Assembly (NCBI RefSeq): GCF_963921235.1
Contig: NC_086097.1
Span: forward strand, 209,934,001 to 209,998,000
From: Mobula hypostoma
Lineage: Eukaryota
Length of the DNA stretch: 64,000 nt
Direction: 5' to 3'
Under the pieces are notes generated by a model. That model did not search any database, had not been told where the DNA came from, and saw only the letters and a list, made by a program, of their open reading frames with translations. Every line of letters begins with the position of its first letter. Within the stretch, counting starts at the first letter, position 1. Shown here in pieces: positions 12,473 to 24,940 of the stretch. The position numbers were made by a program, and so were the translations under genes.

Positions 12473-12641
12473 ATAACCATATAACAATTACAGCACAGAA
12501 ACAGGCCATCTCGGCCGTTCTAGTCCATGCCGAACTCTTACTCTCACCTAGTCCCACCGACCTGCACTCAGGCCATAACCGTCCATTCCTTTCCTGTCCT
12601 AATATCTATCCAATTTAACTTTAAATGACAACATGACAACA
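12473..12641 (-). mobile_element. CR1-type 3' tail inserted in the left TIR of the Tc1
   Basis: Present in the left TIR but absent from the right TIR; same sequence family as 1268-1378. Confidence 0.7.
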
Positions 12642-12869
12642 ATTTTGTACAATTTTAGAAAGGAAAAAGGGAAAGGAGCACCATGCAAAAGTTTGGGCAC
12701 CCCAAGAGATTTGAGCTCTCAGATAACTTTTACCAAGGTCTCAGACCTTAAGTAGCTTGTTAGGGCTATGGTTTGTTCACAATCATCAGTAGGAAGGGCC
12801 AGGTTATGTAAATTTCAAAGCTTTATAAATACCCTGACTCCTCAAATCTTGTCCCAACAATCAGCAGCC

Positions 12870-13885
12870 ATGGGCTCCTCTAAGCAGCTGCCTAGCACTC
12901 TGAAAATTAAAAGAAATGATGCCCACAAAGCAGGAGATGGCTATACAAAGATAGCAAAGCATTTTCAGGTAGCCGTTTCCTCAGTTCGTAATGTAATTAA
13001 GAAATGGCAATTAACAGGAACAGTGGAGGTCAAGTTGAACTCTAGAAGACCAAGAAAACTTTCCGAGAGAACTGCTCATAGGATTGCTAGAAAGGCAAAT
13101 CAAAACTCCCGTCTGACTGCAAAGGATCTTCAGGAAGATTTAGCAGACTCTGGAGTGGTGGTGCACTGTTCTACTGTGCAGCTACACCTGCACAAATATG
13201 ACCTTCATGGAAAAGGCATCAGAAGAAAACCTTTCCTGCGTCCTCCCCACAAAATTCAGCATCAGAAGTTTGCAAAGGAACATCTAAACAAGCCTGATGC
13301 ATTTTGGAAACAAGTCCTGTGGACTGATGAAGCTAAAATAGAACTTTTTGGCCACAATGAGCAAAGATATGTTTGGAGAAAAAAGGGTGCAGAATTTCAT
13401 GAAAAGAACACCTCTCCAACTGTTAAGCACGGGGGTGGATCAATCACGCTTTGGGCTTGTGTTGCAGCCAGTGGCACGGGGAACATTTCACTGGTAGAGG
13501 GAAGAATGAATTCAATTAAATACCTGCAAATTCTGGAAGCAAACATCACACTGTCTGTAAAAAAGCTGAAGATGAAAAGAGGATGGCTTCTACAACATGC
13601 CTCAAACACTCCTCAAAATCCACAATGGACTACCTGAAGAGGCGCAAGCTGCAAGTTTTGCCATGGCCCTCACAGTCCCCTGACCTAAACACCATCGAAA
13701 ATCCGTGGATAGACCTCAAAAGAGCAGTGCATGCAAGACGGCCGAAGAATCTCACAGAACTAGAAGCCTATTGTAAGGAAGAATGGGCAAAAATCCCCCA
13801 AACAAGAATTGCAAGACTTTTAGCTGGCTACAGAAAGCGTTTACAAGCTGTGATACTTGCCAAAGGGGGTGTTACTAAGTACTGA
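12870..13885 (+). pseudogene. Tc1 transposase, frameshifted
   Basis: MGSSKQL...VLWTDEAKIELF...PTVKHGGGS, then WPSQSPDLNTIEN in another frame. A small deletion near 13595-13605 removes the second catalytic Asp (QDND motif). Confidence 0.9.
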
Positions 13886-16800
13886 TCATGCAGAATGCCC
13901 AAACGTTTGCTTCTGGCCCTTTCCCTTTTTTGTTATTTTGAAACTGTAGAAGATGGAAATAAAATTAATCTTGCTTAAAATATTAAAGAAATGTGTCATC
14001 TTTAACTTTATGCCTTTTGGAAATCAGGTCATCTTTTACTCCCTTAGCTATTCACAGTAACTGAAATTTTGACCGGGGCACCAAAACTTTTGCATGCCAC
14101 TGTATATCTGGATGACCTCATAGTATTTGGATCCACCTCGGAAGAACATGAAGCGAGGCTGCTGAAGGTGCTGGCCCACCTGAAAGCTGAAGGGTTAAAA
14201 CTTGCCCTGGACAAGTGCCAGTTCTGCCAAACGTCTGTTAGCTATGTTGGGCACCCAGTTTCATGTGATGGGGTAGCTACAAACCCAGCTAAGATCAAGG
14301 CGGTTATCACTTAGCCAAGACCCCAGACTGTGAGCACTCTGCACTCCTTGGGTAAAGTGGTTACTGGTGGAGGTTTATGAAAGGCTATGCGAAAGTGAGT
14401 CACCCTTTGAATCAGCTTCTGTGCAGTTACCCTCCCTTGGGGAAGAAAGGGAGGGGAAAAAAAGGACAGGAGGGTGGAGAGTATCTTGGCCCGTCGGAGC
14501 CCTTTAGACCAAGGTGGGATGCAAAATGTGAGGAGGCCTTTCAGTCACTGAAGGAGCTGCTGACCCACCCCCCCCCCCCGACTGCCATATGTACTGCACA
14601 CGATGCCAGCCGAGAGAGTGTTGGGGGTGTCCTGTCTCAGGATCAGGGCTCCAGGTTGAGGCCCATTGCATTTGTCGGCCGGAGTCTATCGCCCGCTGAG
14701 AAAAACTGACGCACAAGTTGGAATTTTTGGCGTTGAAATGGGCGGTGGTGGATAAGCTGAGTGACTACCTCTGAAGTGAGGATTGACAACAACCCCTTAA
14801 CTTATATCCTGACCTCAGCAAAAATGGACGTCACAGGCCATCGGTGGTTGGCAGTGTTGTCTGCCTATGATTTCAGCCTGAAGTACTGGCCGTGAAGCAG
14901 GAACGTTGATGCTGATGCTTTATCCCAACGGGCACATGAGGGACTGGTCAGGGACAAGAAGTGGGAGAGCGTTCCTGCTCCGGGGCTGAAGGCCCTGTGT
15001 CAGTTTGCCAACCGTGAAGGCAGAGGAAAAGGAGGGGCAGGAGAGAAAGGTGGATCAATTGGGGGCTTCTGATGACGCCATCCCCCAAGTTTATTGTAAC
15101 CTGACTGCTCAGAAGATAAATCAGCTGCTGAAATTGAGTTCCGGGGAAGTGGCTGCCACTCAGCGAGATGATCCAGGCATTGGTACCATTTGGGCGGCAA
15201 TCGAAATGGGAGACATGGCTCAGGTGGAGAGGACGAAACATGCCTCAGTGTCCATTACTATGAGAATGGCCTCAGTTGGAGTTGAAGAACCAGATCTTAT
15301 ACTGGGGTCACGTCACCCCCAGACCAACCCCGGTGTTGCCAGCTGGTTCTGCCCGAGAAGTATCGGAGGAAGGCGTTGAAATCACTTCATGATGATTCTG
15401 GACATTTGGGGGTGGAAAAGACCTATGGATTGCTCAGAGACTAGTTTTACTGGCCTCGAATGAAGTCAGAGGTCGAAGAATACTGCAAGTCATGCATTCG
15501 ATGCATATGGCAGAAGACACTGCCTAACGCGGGTAGCTTCCTTGTCCCACCTGCAGAGTGCAAGCCTCTGGACCTGGTGTGTTGGATTTCCTGTCAACAG
15601 AACCCGATGCCAGCAACACGGCAAATGTCTTAGTCATCACAGACCACTACACCAGATATGCTCAAGCTTTTCCTACCAAGGACCAGAGGGCGTCTACGGT
15701 GGCAAAATTGTTATGGGAGAAGTATTTCATTTATTATGTCCTTCCCAGTCGAATACATAGTGATCAGAGACTGGATTTCGAAAGCAGACTCATCCATGAG
15801 TTACTAGGCATGCTTGGAGTCGAGTAGTTGAGGACCACAGTCTAACACCTGCAGGGTGATCCCCAGCCAGAGAGGTTTAATCGGACCTTGCTAGACATGC
15901 TCGAGACCCTGGAGATCAGCAAGAAAAGCAGGTGGAGTCAACATATCAGGCATCTGGTTCACAGTTATAACTGTACATGAAATGAAGCTACTGGGTACTC
16001 ACCATATCATCTGATGTTTGGGCGCAAGGCAAGGTTGCCCATTGACCTTTGTTTTGAGACTGACAAGGGTGACTTACCACCGAAGACTTATCTGAAGTAT
16101 GTGTCTGACATGAGAAGAGAGTTGAAAAGGGCTTATGAATTAGCTGGTGTCACGGCTGCCAAGCAGAATCAAGGGAATAAGAGGGGGAATGATCAAAAGG
16201 TGAGGTTCTCCTGCTGGGAGACCGAGTCCTCATAAGGAATTTGGGGCTACCTGGAAAGCAAAGTTGGCTGACCGCTGGGCGGCTACGCCCTATGTGGTGG
16301 AGAGTCGGATGCCAAACCTTCCAGTTTTCCAGATGAAACCAGAGGATGGGAATGGGCCTGTCAAGATTCTCCATCGGAACCACCTGTTGCCTCTGGGTCA
16401 AGAGGTGCAGGTAGACCCAGAGCCCGACTTGGAGCCTACACCTAGTAGGAGGACTCTGCAGAAACGCAGGGCGACTACTGGGCCCCCAACAGGCGAGGTT
16501 AGACCGGCCCCCACCCCTGAGAGGGATACTGATTCGGAGGATGAGGACCTGGATGTGTGGTAACATGCTGCCTTTCGCTAACTCCCCATTGATTGAAGAA
16601 GAGACTCCCGGCCCTTCTCCCATTGAGACAGGTGAAGTGGGGGGGGGGGGAGGGAACGGGTGTTATCTGTGGGCAGCCTGGGTTGCAGCGGGACTCTGCA
16701 TGGGGATGAAGTGAGGTTTGGCCACAGGACAGAGGGCTCCGAGTTGCAGGTGGCCTCGAGTGATAGATCAGGGGAGGCCTCGCCAAGTAGACTGGAAATA

Positions 16801-17599
16801 TCCCCAGCAGGGTCAGAACCTGAAGAGTTAGATGAGGGGGTGCGGAGGTCTCAGAGAATTAGGAGAGCACCAGATAGGCTGGCTTACATAGCACCAGAGG
16901 AACAGAGTGTGTTGGGGAGCTATGTCACTGCCTTTTACACCTGGATTGGGCTTTGTGTTTTGCAGGAAGGGGTTGGCGAGGACATCACTAAATTTGGTGA
17001 GGGTAGAGTGTAACATGCTGTAAGGTTTCACTGCTAATGTAGCAGCAATGTTTGGGTTATGACTAGAGGTAATGGGGTTTGGAGTGCTGGGGCTATCCAA
17101 TGAGAGAAATGTTGTTCTTTTTGTGAGTCTGGAAGAGAGATTTTCGTGGTCTTTTGCCAGGGAGAGATGAGGAGAGAAGACGCGAATGGAGAGAGCTGGT
17201 AAACTGCCGCACAAAGTGGACTTGAAGCGAGGGTCCGAAGGTCAGCAACGATCGGAGGAGGTCAATGGTGGACGACTGGCTTATCAGTGAGCTCCAACAT
17301 TGTGCAATAGACTGTTTCATGAGAATAGGCCCTTTCTCTTTTTTTTTTGTTTTCTTTACTAACTATATAGTCAAAGTAAAAATTATAAAGCTCAATCATT
17401 TAATCTCATATCGCGTACTGTTTGTTACTTTGGGGTACTGATTTGTAACAGGGGACACCGCGCAGCATCCACCCAAACAAGCTTTCTTAAGTTTGGCCGG
17501 GCCGGGGGCTATCAGCCCCTATATTAAGCCACTAGCTGAAGCGAGAGTAACATCTGAATGTATGTAACATATGGAATAAGCCCTTCATTGGGACAGCTG

Positions 17600-17722
17600 G
17601 ACTCGCTGTCCCATCCTGAAAAATCAATTGTACATTTCACTCCACAGATGCTGTTTGACCCACTGATATCTTCCAACATTTTGTCGGCTGTTCCAAATTA
17701 TAGCATCTGCAGTCTCGTGTCT
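17600..17722 (+). mobile_element. Old Penelope-like pLTR/tail remnant
   Basis: ccacagatgctg..tgaccc.ctga...ttccaacattttg...agcatctgcagtctc resembles the pLTR end of the other copies. Confidence 0.5.
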
Positions 17723-17902
17723 CCCGTGAAGGAACACGTAGACTACTTTTGGCTGGAAAGATCAGGAAACAGTAACAGCAGTGAGGGAATTCATCTTCGA
17801 GGAGAACACTGAAACAATATGGACAGACACAAAGAAAGGCAAAATCATGTTAAATGGTAAATACATTCTCCAAAAAGAGAAGGTTAGTTTAGTTATTCTC
17901 AC

Positions 17903-18096
17903 CACTTGAGCATCAATTGCCACCTGGGCAAATCCTTTTCGTCGTCTCCAAAAGATTCTATAGGTCTCATCACTGAACAGTGCTTCCCGGACTCCACCTG
18001 GTGAGATGGCCAACAAGTGTCCATTTTTCAAAGCTTTGACACATTCCTCTTGAGGACCATGCATTACACTAAAAACTTCCAACAACAATTTAAAAC
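17903..18096 (-). CDS. TMEM68: TMEM68 coding exon 3 (GFKLLLEVFSVMHGPQEEC...ISPGGVREALFSD...GFAQVAIDAQV)
   Basis: Acceptor ttttag|GT, donor GTG|gtgaga; 194 nt; phases 1 and 0 consistent. Contains the acyltransferase-fold PGGVREA motif. Confidence 0.95.
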
Positions 18097-18654
18097 CTAA
18101 AAAAACAAATTTTAAACTCTGTTAGTAATATTAACTATCAGTTATCAGAGTGACATTGAAGACAAGAAAGTGAAGAAACTGAACTATATAGTACTATAGT
18201 CTCAAAAGGGTTGATTGCTTAATACTTAGCATGGTTTTCAAAATCTACTAGTTTTCATACTCTTACTTGAAATCTTATTGTTATTTTCCAGCTGCTTGAT
18301 TCATTTGACGTCATCCATCAACACTTAAATCTTGATTGATTCCAAAGGAAATTCAGCAAGGAGAAAGAATGGAGGATATTGTGCAACTGTAAAACTGAAA
18401 TTGGATTCTAGGTTACACAAGAATTTGTTACTAGGATGGGTCAAGTTATAGAAGGTTCTTGAAGTATATTCTTATTCAGACGTAGAACCAATGAGTATCA
18501 ACAATAGGATGAGACACAGCAAGACAGTATAACAAGTTATTGTTCTGAATGTTTTATTTGTAAGATAGAGCTGAAGAGAGCACAAAAAGCACTGAAAATA
18601 AAAAGGATAGCTTTGAAGATGAAAGCGCATATGAGTGAGGATTTCAATGGTAAT

Positions 18655-19085
18655 AAGACAAGATGAGATAAAACTTTATTTATCCCAAAGGAAATTATTG
18701 TTGCCCAGTTGCTCAGTCAAAAATATATACTTTAAAAAATACAAAATGTAAGCATTGAGGTATGAAAAGAATAAGAAATGTGCATTAAAAAGTAATAGTA
18801 CAAAATACAGAGGTGCAATGAAACCACATACTCCTATACTTAAGGAGGAGTTGTAGAGTCTTAACCACAGGGAGAAAGGATCTCCTGTGGATTTCAGTGG
18901 TGCACCTCGGTGAATCAGTCTGTGGCAAAAGGTGCTCGTCTGTTTGTCTAGTGTATCACGGAGGGAGTGAGAGGGGTTGTCCATAATGCTCTGTAGCTCC
19001 TGCATCCTCCTCTCAGACACAACCACCAGGTAATCCAGTTCCACCCCCAAAACAGAACCAGCCTTCCCGATGAGCTTACTGATCG
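18655..19085 (-). mobile_element. Rex1/Babar-like LINE 3' end
   Basis: Peptide KLIGKAGSVLGVELD...IMDNPSHSL, homologous to 1626-2390; AATAAA-like signal and short-repeat tail near 18660-18685. Confidence 0.75.
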
Positions 19086-19471
19086 TCAAAATAGGAGAAG
19101 ATCTGATGTAAGATCCAAGTAGTATTGCCAACAGATATATGGTGGGTTTCAAGTACTTAGCTCAAAACAGACAATATGCTGATTTTCTTTAAACTTTACA
19201 TTCAAGCTGAATGAATAGTATTTTTATGATGTCATTTATATACCAAAATCAGACATTTATTAAACAAAATTCATTAAGCTACAAAAGATATAAAAATTTC
19301 TTCAGATAAGCTTTAAGACATGCTCTTTAAAAAAGAGTATGTTAGAAATTTGAGACGGAAACCATATGACTGCAGATATTGTTTTAAAATGTCATGAAGT
19401 TCTCTGCTGAGATTTTCTTTCACGAAAATTATTTATCAGAATGAAAGCATTCCAGTAACATTGTAATAGTT

Positions 19472-19676
19472 TTGCCACAGGCAGCTGTGGAGGCCAAGAC
19501 TTTACGTATATTTAAGGCAGAGGTTGATAGATTCTTGATTGGTCAGGGCATGAAGGAATATGGGGAGAAGGAAGGAGATTGGGGCTGAGAGGAAAATTGG
19601 ATCAGCCATGATGAAATGGCAGAGCAGACTCAATGGGCCAAATGACTTAATTCTGCTCCTATATCTTATGGTCTTA
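19472..19676 (+). mobile_element. CR1 3' UTR fragment
   Basis: gcagctgtggaggccaag...atttaaggcagaggttgatag...gctcctatatcttatggtctt tail. Confidence 0.75.
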
Positions 19677-20490
19677 GGGTCTACATTCACTACAGGCATA
19701 GAACACATATTTGCAGCATCACTCAATGTAAAGTTCTCAAAAAAATTTTGGGTAAAATATTGGGGTTGCTACAGTTTATTAATACCAGAAAATGGACTAC
19801 ATCTTTAAGCAGTCGGTCAATTATAGTCATCATCATTATCATTAAGTGCTGTGTTGTTTGATGCAGGCGATCATAGTCTCATGACCATTACTGTTCTTGG
19901 CAAATTTCTCGGCACAAGTGGCTTGCCACTTACCCTGATTTTGGTTGGGGGGGGGTGTTGGTAATTATTAATTTATTCATTTATCAATTATAGTACATCT
20001 TTAAACAATTATGGAAAATTGATGATAAAGACCTGCTGACAATATCTGGACATAATACCTGAGGTTTTGTTTGTTTAAAAAAAACACAAAGTACAGATAA
20101 TAATATATTGACTACATTGAAAAGTGAATTGAAAATAGTTATTTCTCTGTCAACACTCCACCCAACAAAGACCACAAACTGAAGACCCACTCTGATTCTG
20201 CCAATTTTGTTGCCTTCCCAGCCATTTGACTGCAATTTCATACCAGCTGTGTAAATACCAGCATAGAGAGGGAGCGGAGATCAATTAATTCAAATGATCA
20301 ACTTCCCTTCTGATGTAGCGGTGATAATGAATTCTCCTTAAATTAGTGATCATAACTGTCAACTCAAGCAGATTTTTCAAAATTAGTGGCATTTAAAGTT
20401 CAATTCAATAGATATACTTGAAATAAGAAAGAAATAGAGTAGGATACAGAGCCACAGATTGATTCCCAAAGTAAACAGATTTTGTACAGG

Positions 20491-20712
20491 CAACACACAT
20501 CAAAGTTGCTGGTGAACGCAGCAAGCCAGGCAGCATCTGTAGGAAGAGGTGCAGTCAACGTTTCAGGCAGAGACCCTTCGTCAGGACGAAGGGTCTCGGC
20601 CTGAAACGTCGACTGCACCTCTTCCTACAGATGCTGCCTGGCCTGCTGCGTTCACCAGCAACTTTGATGTGTGTTGCTTGAATTTCCAGCATCTGCAGAA
20701 TTCCTGTTGTTT
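20491..20712 (+). mobile_element. Penelope-like fold-back mini-element (93-bp arms plus 35-nt tail), 14-bp TSD
   Basis: agattttgtacagg at 20477-20490 and 20713-20726. Arms 20490-20582 and 20585-20677 around a 2-nt loop; unpaired tail 20678-20712. Confidence 0.88.
20552..20587 (-). ncRNA. Minimal type I hammerhead ribozyme motif (Penelope pLTR type)
   Basis: The minus strand reads GUC-CUGACGA-AGG(gucucug)CCU-GAAA-CGUU-GAC: core boxes CUGAnGA and GAAA, stem II, a 3-bp stem I, and palindromic ACGU in place of stem III. Confidence 0.6.
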
Positions 20713-21251
20713 AGATTTTGTACAGGATTCACTTTTGCTTTTCCAAGAAGTGTGCAGCATGGAAATGTACTGATGCACTAGTTGAAGCCAAGTTTGCAAT
20801 CTGGAATATATTTTTTGTTTTGTTTAATGTGAAGCAGTGGAGATTCACGATGTCATTGACTCGAAACATCAGCTCTGCTTTCTTCCCCACAGACGCTGCT
20901 TGACTGCTGAGCACTTACAGCCATTTGCTTTCATTTCAGAACTTCCAGCATATGGAGGTTTTTATAAAAATCTTCAGCAAATAACGTGCTCCTTAGTCAA
21001 TGTTGGGAGTTTACAGGGTAAACCTTAACTACCTTAAAAAGCTGATGGGATTTCAGTTAACATCTTATCCTCAACTTTTTTTTAAATCTATGAGCAAAAC
21101 ATCAGTCTACATTCAAGTCCACATGATTGTTATGCTCATGCTTCTGCAGTGAATGCTATCCACAATACTTGGATTCAGTGTATTCAACTGAGATAGAGTT
21201 GGACATCGGAAACAGGAAATAATTAACCAATGTTTTCTGTCAATGATGGTC

Positions 21252-21486
21252 TGAGAGTGGTGAATCTGTGGAATTCTCTGCCACAGGAAACAGTTGAGGC
21301 CAGTTCATTGGCTATATTTAAGAGGGAGTTAGATATGGCCCTTGTGGCTACGGGGATCGGGGGTATGGAGGGAAAGCTGGTGCAGGGTTCTGAGTTGGAT
21401 GATCAGCCATGATCATAATAAATGGCGGTGCAGGCTCGAAGGGCCGAATGGCCTACTCCTGCACCTATTTTCTATGTTTCTATGTC
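21252..21486 (+). mobile_element. CR1 3' end
   Basis: RVVNLWNSLPQ...FKRELD peptide and tail ttctatgtttctatgt. Confidence 0.82.
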
Positions 21487-22274
21487 TCCTCTATATACTT
21501 CATAGATTCACTGATGTCAACTTACAAACCAGAAATGTACTGATCCAAATAGTGAGCTCCTGCATCACAGGAAGCCCTTGCATAATTCAGTCTTGCACGT
21601 GGTCATAACACATTATGTCCCGGCCCATGAAATAGATGAAAAAAGCTTGCAGCAAAAGAATGCACATCTCCACACAAAGTTGAATGACAAATCTGTCAAG
21701 GTGCTTGAAAATATCCCTTATATTGGTATTTGAAAACTTATAATTTAATGCAAAAATGAAAAATTTCAAAACCCCAAAATACAAGCAAACATTATTAAAG
21801 TCTGATGTTTACCATTATCCCTCAACAATGGCTCCTCTTCCATTGAAACACAGATTTGCTATCACTGTCTAACCTGCTACAGGCTCAGCAAGAACCTTCC
21901 AAGTGTCATGGAAATACAGCACGTCTGAATTCCATGACAGGAGTATCTTAAGAGTGCAAGCCACATAACCCACACGAGGGACAATTAGCAACTTTGTGAT
22001 ATCTGTATTCATGCGGGAATCTCAAATGGTGTCATTTAGGGCAAAATACTGGCAATTCAGTGAAGAGCTGATAGTCCTTCAAGACAACTTCTGAAGAAAT
22101 ACTTTGGGAGAAGACTTTGGGCCAAGCCTACTTAAGGCTATAAATTACATTGATCCATTGCACTTACAAAGGAGTTATTCAAAGAAAACTTACTAACATA
22201 TACTTAATAACAAGAAACATTTTCTTAGGTGGAATACCAAATCTAGTGTAAAGTAAATGCAAGGAAAGTATGAA

Positions 22275-24940
22275 AATCAGATTTATTATCATTCACACAT
22301 GATGTGAAATGTATTACTTTGTGGTAGCAGTACAATGCAAAGACAAAAAAACCCACCTATAATTTAGTTCAGAGTTCAAAGTAAATTTACTATCAAAGTA
22401 GATACATGTTACCATATACAACCCTGAAATTCACCTTCTTGCAGGCATACTCAATAAAGCCAATAACCATATTAGAAGACCAGACCAACAGGGCAGATAA
22501 GAGTGTGCAAAAGCCAACAAACTGTGCAAATACAAAATTTAAAAAAATAATAAAAAAATAAACAAACAATAAATATTGAGAACATGAGATAAAGAGATGA
22601 ATTCTTGAAAATGAATTCATAGGTTGTGGCAACAGTTCAGTGATGGGACAAGTGAAGTTGACTGACGTTATCCACTCTGGTTCAAGAGCCTGATGGTTGA
22701 GGAATAATAAGTCTTCTTGGACCTGGTGGTGTGAGTCCTGAGGCTCCTGTACCTTCCTGGACGCAGCAGTGAGAAAAGAGCATAACCTGGGTGGTGGGAG
22801 TCCCTAATGATGGATGCTGCCCAAGTAGATGGGCTTCACCCACGATGGACTGGGCCATATCCACTATTGTTTGTTGGATTTTCCATTCAAAGGCATTGGT
22901 GTTTCTATACCAGGATGTGATACAGCCAGTCAATATGCTCTCCACCACACACCTAGAGAAGTTTTAGATACCACGCCAAATTTTCGCAAACTTCTAAGAA
23001 AGTAGAGGCACTGTCATGCTTTCGTCATAATTGTACTTACATGCTGGACCCATATAAATACAAATAAAAATAGTGCAAAAAATGGAAAAGCAGGGTGGCA
23101 TTCATGGGCCACTTAAAAAGCTGATGGACAAGGGAAGAAGCTGTTCTGAATTTGTGGAATTATGGAAATCAGGTCGTCAGATTCCAGTACCTCTTCCCTG
23201 CTGGTATAATGAGAAGGTGGAATGTCTCATCTACTGAGGGTCCTTAATGATAGATGCGACCTTCTTGAGGCACTACCCTTGATGGTGAGGAGGGTTGTGC
23301 CCATGATGGAGTCAATAACTTCTGAAGCATCTCACTATCCCATGCATTGGAGGCTCCATACCAGGCTCTAATGCAACTAGTCAGAATGCAATCCATTGTA
23401 CATTGTGTGACAAGAATACACATAGATTAAGATGTAGCTGGCCTGGGCTGGCACCAGTGGAATCAGCAGTTGGTCTGCCATCTGTCTTCAGGAGAGAGAG
23501 AGATAAGGAGAACAATGGAGCAGCATTTGGAGATGTTAATGAAGGAAGGAGAGCTGGCAAGAGCGGCTCCCCCTTTGAACCCTGAACTGTTTGAAGTGAT
23601 GGACAGGTGATACCCCAGCAGGGGGATAAAAAGAGACAGGTTCGCTAAGGCAGGACACGCACGACACCAGAGGTAACAAGACCCTGGAAAGCGGTGCGTC
23701 TCTCACAAGTCGGTGGGAAGTACCGGGCCATAAACGCACAGGGTGGAAAGGCACGATCGGCGGGAACCTGGTGTGTGTCCACCCTTGCCTGGGTGCCAGG
23801 TTCACCACAGGGAAACGATCGTATCTGGAAACGGAGGGGTCACGGTTGGTGACCTCAGATGACATCACAAAGGACTCGCCCGTAAGCTGACTGCGAAAGG
23901 TCTGTGTGGAAGCCTTGAATATTCATTCGTTTTTGCTCTCTCTCTCCTTGCCCCCACTGTCCATCACCACGGCAGCGATTACTGCAAACTGAACTGAACT
24001 AAATTGAACCGAACTTTGCGTCACTTTGAAACTGGTCATTTACCCCTAGACAACGATAGAGCTTGATTGATCCTGTTATCTGAATTCTGTGTACATGTAT
24101 GTTTATCATTGCTGAACTGTTGCATTCATTATCCTTTTGATTAGAGTACTGTGTTGCTTGTTTCTTTAATAAAACTTTCTTAGTTCTAGTAATCCAGACT
24201 CCAACTGAGTGATCCATTTCTGCTGGTTTGGCAACCCAGTTACGGGGTACGTAACAATTGGTAGAAATTTCTATGAGTCTTTGTGGTGGCATACCAAATT
24301 TCACAAACTCCTGCAAAGTAGAGCTGCTGGCGTGCTTACTTTGTGATCATATTGATGTGTTGGACCCTGGATAGATTCTCTGAAATGTTGATGCCCGGAA
24401 ACTTTAAGCTGTTCACCATTTCCACTGCTAAGCCCTCAATAGTGACTGGCTGGTGTGTGTTCTCCTGACTTCCCCTTCCTGATGTCCGCAATCAGTTTCT
24501 TGGTCTTGCTGATGTTGAGTGTGCAGTTTTTGAGACATCATTCAACCCCCAACTGATGTATCTCACTCCTCACCACCATCTGAGATTCCACAAACTACAT
24601 TGGTGGCATTGGCGAGTTTATAGACGGCATTTGAGCTGTCCTTAGCCACAGAGTCATGAGTGAAGAGAGATTGGAGCAGTGCACTCAGCACACATCCTCG
24701 AGGTGCAACAGTGTTTGATAGTGAGAAGGAGTTGTTATGACCTATCCACATTGACTGAGGTTTCCTAACAAGGAAGTTGATGATCCAACTGCAGAGGGAG
24801 GTACAGAGGCCTAGGTTTTGAAACTTAGTTGTTGGTACTGAAGGAATAATTGTGTTGAATACCAAACTACAATTGATAAATAGTAGTCTGATGTATGTCT
24901 TATGGTTGTATCGGTGCTCCAAAGTAGTGGACAGCCAGTG
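22275..24940 (-). mobile_element. Nested Rex1/Babar-like LINE fragments (inner copy about 22365-23050)
   Basis: Peptides VESILTGCITSWY and FNTIIP...GLCTSLCSWI...GCVLSALL. Two separate 3' tails near 22275 and 22370. Interrupted by a solo LTR. Confidence 0.7.
23406..24256 (+). mobile_element. Solo LTR (851 bp)
   Basis: TGTGAC...GTAACA ends; ATTG TSD at 23402-23405 and 24257-24260; ATAAAA at about 23626 and AATAAA at about 24168. Confidence 0.88.

Larger units (their letters stand above)
12316..14102 (+). mobile_element. Tc1-family DNA transposon with long IR/DR-type inverted repeats
   Basis: TA|cagtggcatg...catgccactg|TA (TA at 12314-12315 and 14103-14104). Imperfect TIRs of about 200 bp with the internal repeat caaaagtttgggcacc. 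Confidence 0.95.
9083..17552 (+). mobile_element. Gypsy/Ty3 LTR retrotransposon with PNMA-like gag, degenerate
   Basis: 5' LTR 9083 to about 9624 (end and PBS deleted); 3' LTR 17009-17552 (TGTAAC...TAACA) preceded by a purine tract; flanks tcta/tctg. Gag about 9700-10700, protease about 10920-11250, RT (DLRSGYYQI, FERMPQG, YLDD), RNase H, integrase (HLGVEK, LVITDHYTRYA, IHSDQ). Many stops and frameshifts. Confidence 0.92.

Noticed and set aside
20400..20799. Near-identical ORFs on both strands (MQSTFQAETLR...)
   Set aside because: They are an artefact of the palindrome, not proteins.
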